Origin: Paramoeba atlantica
Taxonomy: Eukaryota > Protista > Discosea
Direction of reading: 5' to 3'
Length of the DNA stretch: 64,000 nt
NCBI GenBank assembly: GCA_977017575.1
Contig: CDRNVI010000151.1
Location: 103,657 to 167,656 of the forward strand
The position numbers and the translations under genes were made by a program. Positions 1 through 13,200 of the stretch are shown here, piece by piece; the first letter of the stretch is position 1; each line of letters begins with the position of its first letter. Below the pieces are notes generated by a model. That model saw nothing but the letters and a program-made list of their open reading frames with translations, did no database searches and had not been told where the DNA came from.

Positions 1-38
1 AAATTAAAGAAATCAAAATAATGGTAAATAAATAATGG

Positions 39-39
<1 letters not shown>

Positions 40-84
<45 letters not shown>
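40..84. repeat. (AAAT)n microsatellite in a USP intron; similar tract at about 566-676
   Basis: Direct reading of the sequence. Confidence 0.9.
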
Positions 85-86
<2 letters not shown>

Positions 87-98
87 ACAAAAAAACAG

Positions 99-3000
99 GA
101 AGTGTGAACAATGTAAGGAAATGCAGTTCGTGTAGTCACGAAAAGAAAACACCAGAACCATATTTAGATTTAAATTTACCTGTTCGGGGAATTGGTTCTC
201 TTGAAGAAAGTCTTTCTCTTTTTCTTCAACAGGAAAAATTGGAAGGTGTTTTGTGTTCTGGTAATTTGTTTTTGTTTTGTTTTTTTGTTTTTTTTGATTT
301 CTTTTTTATTATTATTTCTTTATTTTGTTTTGTTTGGTTATCTTATTTGATTGGTTATTCTTTATTATTTATTCTTTTTTATTTCTTTATTTGTTCAATC
401 ATTCTTTATGAGCCTTTTTCGTTTGTGATTTGTGTAACCATAAAAAAAAATAGAATGTGACAACCGGTGTGATGCAGATTTAGGAATTCAAATTTCCTCA
501 GTCCCAACTGTCTTAACTCTCTCTCTTCGGTTTGTTCTTTTCAAGAAAAACTTTTATTCAATAAATAATAAATAAATAACAGATAATAAATAAATAAGAG
601 AAATAAATAAATAAGAGATAATAGATAATAAATAATAAATTAATAACTAAATAAATAAATAAATAAATAAATAATAAACAAAACAAAAAAGGCGGTTTGA
701 TTACGACACAATAACATGGAGAAGAGTAAAGCTAGGACATCGAGTCTCTTTTCCATTCTCATTGGATATGTCCCCTTTCATCACAACTGAAACAAAAACT
801 TCTTCTTCTTCTTCTTCAAATGAAAAAGAGAATTATATCTATGAACTTTTTGGTGTTTTGATCCATTCTGGTGGTGCTATGGGAGGTCATTATTATTCTT
901 TTATGAGAGATCTCGAGAGTGGTTTGAGTTTCTTTTTTTTCATTTTTTTTTTGTTATGATCATTTGTTTATCTCATCTTCCTTAAACAAAATAACTAAAA
1001 AATGATTTTTACAAAAATAATAATTAAAAATAATAAAAATAGGAAAATGGTTGTCTTTTGATGATGCAAATGTGCGGCTCATTTCTGAGGAAGATATTGA
1101 GGTAAACAACCAAACAAACAAACAAACAAAAAAAAAATACAATTCTTTTCTTCATTCAAATTGATTCCATCCATCAACAATTTTAATAATAATAAGAAGA
1201 AGAAGAAGAAGAATAATAATAATAACCATTTTTTCATTTCTTCAAAAGAGCGCATTTGGAACAAGCGAAGGATCAAAAGGGAGCAGCATCACAGGAGGGG
1301 GGACGACAACAGAAGCGGGGAGAAAACCTGGTCGGAGAATGGGGTGTGCTTATATGTTGGTTTATCATCTTCGTCACAAGATTCCCAAGAAGATGTCTTC
1401 TCCTCAGGTTTTTTTTTTGTTTTGTTTTTTTTTTTTTGTTTTTTTTTTTTTTGTTTTTTTTTTTTTGTTTTTTTTTTTTTGTTTTTTTTTTTTTTGTTTT
1501 TTTTGTTTTTGTTTTTTTGTTTTTTTGTTTTTGTTTTTAAATGAATGTAAAATTTGAGGAAAAATTTATTCACAAGATAAAAAAAATAGTATCCACCTGA
1601 TGTGATGTCTGAAGTGAAAGAAGAGAATTCGGTCTTTGAAAAAGAAAAAGAGGAATATGAAATTCGCCGTGATACTGTTCATGTTTGTTCCAAAAAAAAA
1701 ACTTATTTATATCATTAATTATCCATACATACTTATTCTAATAAAACAACAGTTGAAAGTGTTTGTTACGGGGAAAGAAAGAGAGAGAATTGTGGGAGTT
1801 TATAATAAACGAACCGTGAAAGAAGGAATTACTGAAATGTATAAGGATTGTGCCCAAAATGATCTGATTGATCCTGATTTGGTTTGTTTTTCATTTTGTC
1901 GTTTGATTTTTTTATTTGAAAAACTGTTTTTCTTTTTGATGGTTCAAATCAAATAATAAGAGAAGAATGATTAAAAATGATTTTTTTAAAAAAAAAATTA
2001 ATTCAATCATTAATAATAATTTATTAATAATAAACAGACTCCACAAGATTGTGTGAGATTAAGGGACTATAATGCATCAACCAACACCCCAGGAAAAGCA
2101 TACAATTCTTCAGATGATCGAAATATCCTTCAGGCTGGATTTGTTTCTATGCGTACTTTCTTACTTGAAGTATTTCTCATCTTTTTCTCTCTCTCTCTCT
2201 TTATTTTAATTTTTTTAATTTCACAATTGAATATTCTTATTAAATATTCTTTTCATTTTCTTTTTAACCAATTTGATTGAGAAACAAAATGTTAACTTTT
2301 AATTCAAAGGTAAAAGGAAAAGATGAAGATTTTCCAGAAGTTCAAGCACCACAAGTAACAATTAAAGTCCGAAAATACAATGAATCGGGTGACTCTCTTG
2401 ATCCCATTATTATTCTCTCTCTTCCTTCGGACGCTCCTCTCCTTCTCCTTCGAGGTAATATTTTTGTTTAATATTTTTGAGTGTACATCAACTATTTTAG
2501 AGAAAGAGAGAAAAGATAAACAGATTTTCATCTTTTTTTCATTTCATTTTTTCAACAAATTTCCATTTTTTAATTATTTCTTATTTATTTTTTAAACTAC
2601 CAACATATTCATAGAAACATTGGCGGAAAATAAAGACATCAATATCCCAGTTGCAAAACAGAGACTCGTTCGTATTCGAGAGAACGATTGCAGTACCGAA
2701 ACTATTGCGGTTTTGTTTTTGTTTTTGTTTTTGTTTTTGTTGGTTGATTCAGAAGATTTTAATAGAGAGAAAATAGGGTTGTGATGAGATGACTCTTGAG
2801 TCTCTTGGAATTGGATTTGCATTTTCGGTATATGTTGAATCCATTCTTGAAGGAAAACCCTCAGGTTTTATTTTTACCTCTCTTTTTTCTTCTTCTTCTG
2901 CACCTTTTTTCTTGTTGTTCTCATGCTAGGTATTCCCAATAGGACTTTTAGAGTACCTCGAAGGACAAAAGCACATTATTGAAATCCAATACAGTAATGA

Positions 3001-4642
3001 TACTGATAAACAAAAAGATCAAGGAATGAAAATTCTTCTTATTGATGATCGAAAGACAATTCGTGAGCTTAAAGGAGCTCTTTCAGCTGAAACTGGTGTT
3101 GCAACAAACAAGGTTTTCTTTTTCTTGTTGCTTTTTTTAGTTGATTCTACGACTCAGTCTTTGGTCCATTCTTAAACATTGTGAAATCAGTTTTTGTTGT
3201 GCCGAAGAGGACTCAAGGCTGAGTATAAAAATGGTGATTTGAGATTATGTGATGCAGGTCAGATCATCTTTCTCCTCCCTCTCTTTGTCCAAAGTTCTTG
3301 TCTTTAATTAAAACATCAGATATCTTCAGTGGAATGCAACTCTCTATGATTGCTGGGCAACCACTGGGCAGTAATCAATATAAATTCAAAGTTTTCCTCT
3401 ACAACCCACCAAAAGAATCACCCAAAAAATCCGAGGAACTTTTGCCATCACCATCACCTCCGCCCACAACGACACCTTCTCCATCTCCAGCAGATGGGTC
3501 ACCAGGAGGACCTCCCCCACCACCAAGTGGACCTCCTCCGCCGCCTAGTGGACCCCCTCCACCACCAATTGGAGGTGTTGCGGCGAAATCTCTCGAGTTT
3601 ACTATGTTGGGTGAGGCGGTTATTGATATTGGAATGACTGTTGATGAAGTGAGGAATGAGATGAGATCTCAAGAGTATGGCGAGAAGGTTCCTCAGTTTT
3701 TCAGACTTCGAGAAAAATGTACGTTTTATTTTTCTCTCTTTTCCTTTCCTCTTTTTTTCTTTCTTTCTTTCTTTTCTCTTCCTTATTCTTTTGTTTCTCT
3801 TATTCACGAGTGTCAAAAAAGTGGGACAACAAATGGGTCAAGTATTGAAAGGAGGGGCATTATTTGGTTCACACTACAAAAACATGAGGAGTGGAATGGA
3901 ACTTGCCGTCCAAGGTCTCTCTTCAGATGACCACCTCGGCCCAGAAGATCTCCTGGTTTCTGCTCGTCAGGTTTCTTTTCATTCATCGTTACACAGAATT
4001 TCAACTTTTTGTATTCATCCTTTTGGATGCAGTGGTTGCCAGAAGATTGGAAATTAGGAGATAGAATCGAAGAAATTGTTTTGGAGGATACAGCGACAGT
4101 ACAAGATTTGAAAGAGCGCTTCTCTTTAATCTTTGATATCCCTCTTGCATTCATTGCCATAGCTCGTCCTGGTCGTGCGATCTCTCCTTTCCAGGTAAAA
4201 CTTTTGAGAGTCAGAGAAATGAAAAAAAAGAAACTCACCTTTTGGAGGATAGGTTGCAACAGCAAACTGGGACCCAATGGAAGATCTGATCTTGACAGGA
4301 TCACCTTGGTACATGAAGGTCTTTTTCTTTTTCAAAAAAAAAAATCAAAATGAATCAAGCTCTTAACTGAAAAAAAAAAATAGAGTGGAGATGCAATTGT
4401 TGTCAAGGATCGCCGTCATAAAGATAAACATGAGGTGGTTTTTTTAAAAACTTATTCCAAATTATCCTTTCAACAACAACAAAAAAAAATTCAAATCAGA
4501 TCTTGTTTGTTTGAGGTCTTGTTAATTAACAAAGGCAAAACAGATTCCAGTTTCAATGATGAGAGAGACAGGAGTCACAATTACCACTGATTTTGAAGAA
4601 CAACTTCGACTTGCTGAACAACTCTCTCTTGCTGAACAATAA
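99..4642 (+). CDS. Ubiquitin-specific protease (C19/USP, USP47/USP40-like), multi-exon, 5' part outside the window
   Basis: Spliced exons give CSSCSHE..PYLDLNLPV..SLEESL, YELFGVLIHSGGAMGGHYYSFMRD (His box), WLSFDDANV and CAYMLVY, followed by Ubl-like segments and a Pro-rich insert. The last exon ends ...EEQLRLAEQLSLAEQ* (TAA 4640-4642). Confidence 0.85.
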
Positions 4643-4705
4643 AATTGTTTTAGAGAGAAAAGAGGAAAACCATAAAACTCATAAAGTTTATAATTCGAAA
4701 AATAT

Positions 4706-5858
4706 CTATGGAGCGACTGAAGTTGGAGTTGAAAGTGAAGGGGGAGAGGAGGATGAAGAAGAGGAAGAAGAAGAAGAAGAGGAAGGAGATGAGTCAGAAG
4801 GTGGGAGCTGACGAAAGATGGATTCAACATGTGGATCAGATTGGTTCCGTTGGAGAAGCCATTTTCGAAGACTCGTCAAATAGTCTATATTTTTTCCAGA
4901 AGGCCCTGTATTTGAATTTGAGAAATTTGAGAAATAATTCCTTTCTTTGTTCTTTCTTCTATTTTTTTTCCAGAAATCATTCCCACCAAAAAAAAAAAAG
5001 AAGAACCTCGAGCAATTGCGATCCGTGAGGCAATCACAGAGTCTTCAACATATCCAGTATAAGATTGATTTGATTGAGCTAAAAAGAAGAAGAGAAAAAT
5101 TAAGTTTTTCAAAGAAAGAATGTTCTTGTTTGACTCAAAGAACAAAAAAGAAGAAAGAAAAGAAAAAAAAAAACACACATCGAAAAAATAAAACAACAAA
5201 CCCTGAGAAAAATAAACAATCGCCTTTCCAAACTGTTTTGTTCCATCCAAAGAATAAACTTGTGTGGCAGTTCGAGTATAGCCATTCTTTTCCCGAAAAT
5301 CAAGCATTGGAAGAATCTTTTCCAATTTTTTGAGCCGATAACACATCCCAACAACAGAACCATTCTCCTCCTTCTTGTGAATGTGGTGGATATCTGGATG
5401 ATCATCTCTCAAAAGAACAACAACATATCCTGGCTCTTCTGGGACTCCCCTGTTATTTTGTTTTCTTTTAATTTACTTGTTTTATTCTCTCTCTCTCTCT
5501 CTGGTTAGTTTTTTCTTCTTTTTCTTTCTATTTTCTGTTTATTTTCCTGTTCATCACGAGAAAGAGAGAGAAAAACATGAGGACCGGTGATCAATAGAAT
5601 GTTGCCAAAATCGCCGATTAAAACCCTGAATTTTTGCAGGAAAGCTTTCGAGAATCTCTTCTTCATCACAAGGAGGTTTCCAGACTGTACCAACCAAAGA
5701 AATCAAAAAAAAAACTCGAACCATTCAAAAAAAAAATGAAAAACTGAACCAATAGAACCGTATCCAAAGACAAGTTCAATCCCAGAATACTCAACAGAGG
5801 GATCAACACTGGCAGTGGTCCAGCACCCATCTGGAATCTTTCCCCATTCTGAACTCAT
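4706..5858 (-). CDS. ChaC-like glutathione-specific gamma-glutamylcyclotransferase, multi-exon
   Basis: Exons give VFGYGSI, WKPP..IQGFNRRFWQHSIDHR, LDFREKNGY and IAIARG|PSGKNIDYLTSLRKWL, then a poly-Ser tail to TAG at 4706-4708. ATG at 5858 (MSSEWGK). Confidence 0.8.
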
Positions 5859-6034
5859 CACAAATCCCAAACAAGAACAAACAAGAACAAACAAGAACAA
5901 ACAAGAACAACTGAGAACAACTGAGAACAAAAAAAAAGAAAACACTTTTCGCAAAACGAAAAATGTCGTCGAAAAATCGTGAGAGGTTTCTGACTTTCTG
6001 ATTAACTCAAAAATAAGCCTTCTTTCTCACAAAT

Positions 6035-6107
6035 GCTTTCGTGGCTCAGTCGGTAGAGCGTCAGTCTCATAATCTGAAGGTCGTGAGTTCGATCCTCACC
6101 GAGAGCA
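6035..6107 (+). tRNA. tRNA-Met (CAT), elongator type
   Basis: Cloverleaf: acceptor GCTTTCG/CGAGAGC, D-arm GCTC/GAGC, anticodon arm TCAGT-CTCATAA-TCTGA, T-arm GTGAG-TTCGATC-CTCAC; 73 nt. Confidence 0.95.
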
Positions 6108-6109
6108 TA

Positions 6110-6117
6110 TTTTTTTT
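6110..6117 (+). terminator. Pol III oligo-T terminator of tRNA-Met
   Basis: T8 run two nucleotides after the discriminator base. Confidence 0.75.
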
Positions 6118-6227
6118 CATTTTTTCATTTTTTCTTTTTTCGTTTTCGTTTTTTTGCAACAATCTCTTTTTTCAAGTTTTCTTTTTCTAAATTGTGAATT
6201 GTTCAAAGCAAAATTTTGAGGGGAAAG

Positions 6228-6927
6228 TTATATTTTTTGTGGAAGTTTGTCACTCTTTTGGTTCAATTCATTCCTCTTTTCTTTTTTTCTTTTGTTTTTG
6301 TTTTTGTTTTTCTTCTTGTTTTCTTCTTGCTTTGTTTCCTCGTTTTGGTTCATCTTGTTTTCTTGTGGAGGTCCTCCTCGGTTGTCTTCTTCCACAAGAA
6401 ATGAATAAATCACATAAACGACGAGAATGGAATTTACCACAACAACCCCAACCACAGCCGCAGCAACTAAAAAAGAGATTTGTCAAAAACTGAAAGAGAG
6501 GAGGAAGAAAAGAGAGAGAGAGAGAGAGAAAAGACAAACCTTTTCTTTGAAAATCAGAAAAAGAAGATGGGAGAAAGTTCAAAGTTGCCAAGACAGCAGC
6601 AATTGGGAGAAGGAACATTGAAATTGCGACAAACGCCAACTTTCGAATGACTTTGAGATTTTCTGGTTTTGATTTGAGAATATTCCAACCAGATCGCAAA
6701 TCAGTTTGCTTTGGATCATCTTCAGAAGGAGGAGGGAAAATAGATAAAGACACTTTGTAAGGAACCGACACGGGGACTGAGACAGGAGGGACTAGAGAAG
6801 GGGTGGGGAGAAACCCTTGAACAATTTTCTTCTGTTCCTCAGTCTGTTTGAGAACAACTGGCGGTTGTTGTTCATCATCTTCAATTGTTTGTGGTTCTTC
6901 TTTTTTTCCCTTCCTTTTTCTTCCCAT
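6228..6927 (-). CDS. VMA21-like V-ATPase assembly membrane protein (2 TM), one intron (about 6469-6540)
   Basis: VIRKLAFVAISMFLLPI..FQRK|VAAAVVGVVVVNSILVVYVIYSFLVEED matches the VMA21 pattern (kL.f...M..LPi..; AVv.vN.vl..Yv..af.E). ATG at 6927. Confidence 0.6.
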
Positions 6928-7254
6928 TCTCACACTCCAACAACAACAAAAAAAAAAGAAAAAAGAAATGGTGTCTTTCGAGAAAAGCTCGAAAATGGAC
7001 ACCATTTTTTTCGAAACGAAAAACTAACTTTTCAACATAGCCTTTTTTGAAAAGTAGTAAAGTACTTTTTATTATGTAGGTCATTTTAAAAAGTAAAAGT
7101 AAAATAAAGGATTATTTGATCAAGAAAATCAAGCATAAAATGCTTATGAAAAAGACAACCCTTAAAAGTAACTGTAGTACGAACGACTTTTTCGTTTCTT
7201 TTCTTTTCTGTTCTCTTGTGTTTGGACCGTGTTTGGTTTTTCTGGTGTGAAACC

Positions 7255-10200
7255 ATGAGTTTTCCTCCACCGGGTATCTTCCCCCAACCTGGTCAACAAC
7301 AACAACAACAACAACCCCCACCTCCTCACCTTCAACAACAACAACAACAACCCCCACCACCCTCTCATCAACCACCACCGCCAAAACAAGAACCCCCCCC
7401 TCACTTTACGAAAGATTTGTTAGAAGAAAAGAAAAAGAAATGGGCGCAACTCAACGCAAAACGTTATTGTGACAAAAGAAAGTTTGGATACGTTGAACCA
7501 CAGAAGGAAGACATGCCCCCTCAACATCTTCGAAAGATCATTAAAGATCATGGGGATATGTCAGCAAAGAAATTTCGCCACGACAAACGAGTTTACCTGG
7601 GTGCTTTAAAGTATGTTCCTCATGCCATTTTTAAATTGTTGGAGAATATGCCTATGCCTTGGGAAGAAGTTCGAGATGTAAACGTTTTGTATCACATGAC
7701 TGGTGCGATCACATTTGTCAATGAGATTCCTTGGGTTGTCGAGCCGATTTATATCGCCCAATGGGGAACAATGTGGATGATGATGCGAAAAGAAAAGCGA
7801 GATCGTCGCCACTTTAAGAGAATGCGGTTCCCCCCTTTTGATGATGAAGAACCTCCCCTTGACTATGGTGAAAACATTTTAGATATTGAACCTGTTGAGG
7901 GAATACAAATGGAGTTGGACCCTGATGAAGATGAGCCTGTTTATGAATGGTTTTATGATCACCAACCTCTCAAGCGCTCAAAATTAGTCAATGGCCCAAG
8001 CTACAAGCGATGGAAATTGACTGTTCCCATCATGTCCACTTTATATCGATTGGCTGGGCAACTTTTGAGTGATCTGACGGACCCAAATTACTTTTATTTA
8101 TTCGATTTGAAATCTTTCTTCACTGCAAAAGCGTTGAATATGGCGATCCCTGGAGGTCCCAAGTTCGAGCCACTTTTTCGCGATATTGAAGCTCAAGATG
8201 AAGATTGGAATGAGTTCAACGATATTCACAAAATTATTATTCGACACCCAATCCGGACTGAATCTCGTATTGCGTTTCCCTTCCTTTACAATGATCGACC
8301 TCGCAAAGTATTCGTGACCCCTTATCATCATCCATTGGTCTGTTACATGAAGACTGAGGATCCAAACCTTCCTGCCTTCTTCTGGGACCCTTTAATTAAC
8401 CCAATCCCTGGTATGAAGTCATCACGGGCACTTACAGAATTTGAGGAAGAACTTCTTGAGGGTGAAGAAGATGATTTCAGCCTTCCAGAGGACGTCGAAC
8501 CTTTCTTAATTGATACACCTTTGTTTTCTGGCAACACAGCGGCTGGGATTGCTCTCTACTGGGCTCCTCATCCTTTTAATGAGCGTACAGGCCATATGCG
8601 ACGAGCGTTGGATATTCCTTTGGTGAAACCGTGGTTCCTTGAAAGGTGTCCTCCAAACCAACCTGTTAAAGTCCGAGTGAGTTATCAAAAACTTCTCAAG
8701 TGTTATGTCCACAATTGCTTAAAGAAGAGACCTCCGAAGTCTTTGAAGAGAAGAGCTTTGTTCAAATCACTCAAAGTAACAAAGTTCTTCCAGACAACTG
8801 AAATTGATTGGGTGGAGGCTGGACTTCAAGTTTGTCGACAAGGGTATAACATGTTGAATCTTTTGATCCACCGAAAGAATTTGAACTATCTTCACTTGGA
8901 TTATAACTTTATGTTGAAACCCATCAAGACACTGACTACGAAAGAAAGAAAGAAGTCTCGATTTGGGAATGCGTTCCATCTCTGCAGAGAGATCCTTCGT
9001 TTGACCAAATTTGTTGTTGATTCGTATGTCCAATATCGTCTTGGGAATCTCGATGCTTACCAATTAGCTGATGGTCTCCAATATATCTTTGCTCATGTTG
9101 GACATTTAACGGGAATGTATAGGTATAAATATCGATTGATGAGACAAATTCGAATGTGTTTCGACCCGGAGACGCCCGTTATGATGGCGAACGGTACAAC
9201 CAAAGCAATCAAGGATGTCGAGGTTGGCGAGGAGGTGATGGGCGACACGTTAACGTCACGAAAGGTTGTTGCCAAGGCAGATGGTCTTGCGCAAATGTAC
9301 CGTGTTACTTACGATAACAAAGGGGACAAATCTGCGTGGGATGACGAGGGTTCGAGCTCATCGTTTGTCTGCAACGGGCCGCATCAGCTCGTTGTTATTG
9401 TCAAGTCCGACTTGCACATCGATACCACCACAGATATCCTACGCGTCACGTACTGCAAGATGGTCCAGGATGATAATCTTGGTTTTGAGGTGCCACTTCT
9501 TACTGCCCTGCAGTTCGCCGTCAACCCACATGCATATGACATGGAGCCCAACGCAAAAGCCAAGGCCAAGGTTGCCGCTGAAACCAAGGCTCATGAGCTT
9601 CAGGTCCTGGGTTACAAAACCGCCCTGACCCACCTGGCCAAACAAGGGCAATTTCGTGTGCTCGTGCCCAAGGCAAACCGACCGGAGGGTGCGGATGCCA
9701 AGGACTTCGCCTTCACCTACTCGTACAATCGCACTGGGGGCCAGTACTATTTGACCAGAGAGAAGGCTGTTGCTGCGAGCGAGAAGTTTTTTGCCTCATG
9801 CAAGGCGGAATTGGTGTGGGAACCCACAGTCGAGCAGTGGTTGCGTTTCGAGGAACAGTATCCGAGGCGTGCTAAAAAGTGCAAGATGGTTCGTGTTGGC
9901 CGTCCATCCGCAATCACGAATCCACCTGTGAAACTCTTGTCAGATCTCGTGCGCGAGTCGATCAAGCAGGTTGCGGACAATCACGGACCACAGCCAAAAG
10001 TGAGTTTGGAGAACGCCATTCCCAAGCTGGCTTTCCTCGTTGGCGTGTGGCTTGGTGCTGGTCACAACAAGTCACCGTCAATCTACATGGTCTTAAATGA
10101 GGAGACCAGGTCCTTCTACAATGGATTGCAGCAAATTACCGACGACCTTGGTCTCACTATTGGAAAGCGCACCATGAGCAACGATCCAAAGCATGCCCAC

Positions 10201-13200
10201 CTCTGCCACGAGTGGTATGTGACATTCTCCTCTGCGAGTAAATCGAGGAAGCGTAAAGGAATGAGCGAAAATAATCTTGGAAATTGCACCCAACAGAACG
10301 TCTTATGTGTCCTACTCAAGCGCCTCGGGTTCTACGAGGTTTCTAACAAACACCTCTCAGAGGAGGTCATCCTCTCCGTGGTCTGTGACAGCCAAGAGGT
10401 GCGAGGTGCGCTTTTAGCGGGCCTGATTGATACTGACGGCCATCTTGAAATGAACAGAATGTGGCGCATCACGCAGAAAGACCATGATGCAAACGGAATG
10501 CATCACAAATCCATTCTTGACCTCGCTCATCGAACTGCACTCTCATTGGGCCTTCACTCTTCACGTTGTAGGGCAAAGAAGGTGTATAAGTCGACACTGA
10601 GGGGCAAACCTCTCGCATCAGGCATTATGGGAGGAACGTGCATCACAACCCCACCAGTGAATGACCCTATCTCCAAATTCATCCTTACTGACTACAAGCG
10701 CATCACGGAGAGCAGCCACAATATGTTGCGATCGGATCGTAACCGCCAGCTGTACAGGTTCAAGGTGTCCAAGATGGACACACCAGAAGGTCCATATGTT
10801 GGTATCCAAGTCGAAGGTGAGAACGAGCGATTCCTCCTTGGGGACCATGTGAGCGTGCACAACTGTAAAGATCTTAAGCATTTGATCTACTATCGCTTCA
10901 ACACCGGTCCAGTTGGAAAGGGTCCTGGTTGTGGATTTTGGGCTCCAGGTTGGCGTGTATGGCTCTTCTTCCTTCGTGGTATTGTACCTTTATTAGAAAG
11001 ATGGTTGGGTAATTTGCTTGCTCGACAATTTGAAGGTCGTCACTCCAAAGGAATTGCGAAGACTGTTACGAAACAACGTGTAGAAAGTCATTTTGATTTA
11101 GAGTTGCGAGCTGCTGTGATGCATGACATTCTTGATATGATGCCTGAGGGTCTCAAACAAAACAAGTCTCGAACGATCTTACAGCATTTGAGTGAGGCAT
11201 GGCGATGTTTTAGTCCTTCTACGCCCGTACGAATGGCTGATGGGATGACCAAGAAAGCTGGTGATATTGTGAAAGGTGATCTCGTCCTTGGGAGTAAGGG
11301 TCAAGGGCTTCCAGTTCTCCATACAATGAATGGTCGTGATCGAATGTATCGTGTGGATCTCCTTCCTGATGGTGTTAATGAAGGAAATGATCCCAATTGG
11401 AACTTTGAGGAAGATGGATTTGTGTGCAATAGCAGACACGAACTAGTCCTTGTCAATCCGCAGCTTGGTGGAGTTTCCATCAACCACAATGCGACCCGTC
11501 GTGTGTTTGAGGTGCATTCTGCTGGTCTTGTTCCGTACAAAGGTCCTGTTCCAATTGAAAAACACCTTGGTCATATTTGCAGAACGTTTTCCTATTCAGA
11601 AAATATGTACAGATCCTTGAAGGCGAGCAAGGATGCTGCTGAAGCTGAGGCCAAATACTTGAAAGAATCTGGGGCATCCAATGTACGTGTGCAGGTGAAC
11701 TATAAGCGCGGTTGTGTAAGTGTGTCTGTTGCTTCCCTCAATGGTGCAGTCAGGAAGCACTCTGGAACCTTTCGTTTTGGAGTCTCTAAACTAAATGGGA
11801 CGACAGACACCGATCGAATCTTTGCAGGAGAAGCAGCTGCGAAGGCTGCTGCTGAGAGTTATGTGGTTGATTGTGCCAAAATACCAGCGATGTGGAGTGT
11901 TAGTGTGGAAGACTATCTTGCCTACTGCAAGGCCCATCCCCAACATGCTGATCGCTTGCGCATGGTGTTCTGTGATCAAATTGAGTTTCCACGTGTCATC
12001 CACCTGCAGAAACAATTTTATAATGTTGATGACCTCCTCAATGATATGTATGCTTCCAACTTGCTTCCTCATGCAACTGCTGCTGATGTGGCCTATTTAC
12101 TTGGGCTGCACTTGGCTGATGGTAAGAAAGGACATGCAAAGTTCTTCTTGGGTCTTCATGAGAAGAAGATCATCGATTACCTTGTGGCCATTGCTCCTAC
12201 ATTTGGCATGGTGGCAACATTGGAGAAGCCAGTGACCAACTGTCAGCCTGTCTATCTTTCTGGGTGTGATTTCCGTGTTCCTAACTCACGTAAACGTAAC
12301 ACACTACTCTCCCTATTCTGTCATCTGGGGTATGGCATTGATGATACTAAAAAAGTGAGTGGAAAACTGTGGAAAAATATCGTCTTGCAGGACTCTACCT
12401 TCCGCCGTGCTGTGCTTGCTGGTCTCATTGATGGTGACGGAACCTACCAGATTGCGCATCGCAACTGTGACAAACCTCATGGATATGGATTTGTTCAAGG
12501 GGTTGATAGTGAGTATTCAAAACATCATGAAGATATTATGTTCCTTGTGAGGGATATTTCCAGAAGCCTTGGTCTCAATTGCTTTATTTTCCGCCGTTCA
12601 AACGGATATCCTGCTGACCGAGTACGTCTGACATGCAACATCACTGGTGATGGTGTCCACCTGATTCCGTGCAAAGAGAAACCTTTAATGAAGCATGAGT
12701 GCAGTGAGAACCCGTCTCGTTTCCGTGGTTATGTTCAATTTAAAGTCACAAAGGCCAGTGAGAATGGGCCCTACTGTGGATTTCAGCTGGAAGGCTCACC
12801 ACTTTTCCTCTTGAAGAACTGGTTGATTGCCCATAATTGTTTTAAAGCTAACATCCCTTGGAAGGTTCCAGGATTGCCCATTGCCATTGAAAATATGATT
12901 CTTCGATATGTGAAGAGTAAGGCAGATTGGTGGACCAATGTTGCGCATTATAATCGTGAGCGAATTAGGCGAGGTGCCACTGTCGATAAAACTGTTTGCC
13001 TCAGCCCAGACACCGAGGTGCGTATGTGGGACGGTTCAGTGCGTACCATGACTGAAGTAAATGTTGGTGATCTCCTCGTTGGTGATGACAGTACACCCCG
13101 CACTGTAATTGAGCGGTGGACTGGCATGACGGATGTCATGTACGAGATCAATCAGCACAATGGCATGACATATCGTTGCACAGGGAAGCACCAGCTCGTG

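Noticed and set aside
1161-1573. Poly-Phe/poly-Lys ORFs (also about 45069-45738, 49276-49728, 59482-59704)
   Set aside because: Products of T-rich intron homopolymers or antisense frames of charged coiled-coil exons.
4593-4811. Apparent antisense coding overlap: a plus-strand poly-Glu ORF over the ChaC poly-Ser tail
   Set aside because: The better-supported USP last exon is in another frame and stops at 4642, 63 bp before the ChaC stop (4706). The poly-Glu ORF is the antisense shadow of ChaC.
6035-6107. Initiator tRNA-Met
   Set aside because: It has G1-C72 and a TTCGATC T-loop, not the A1-U72 and ATCGAAA of eukaryotic initiators.
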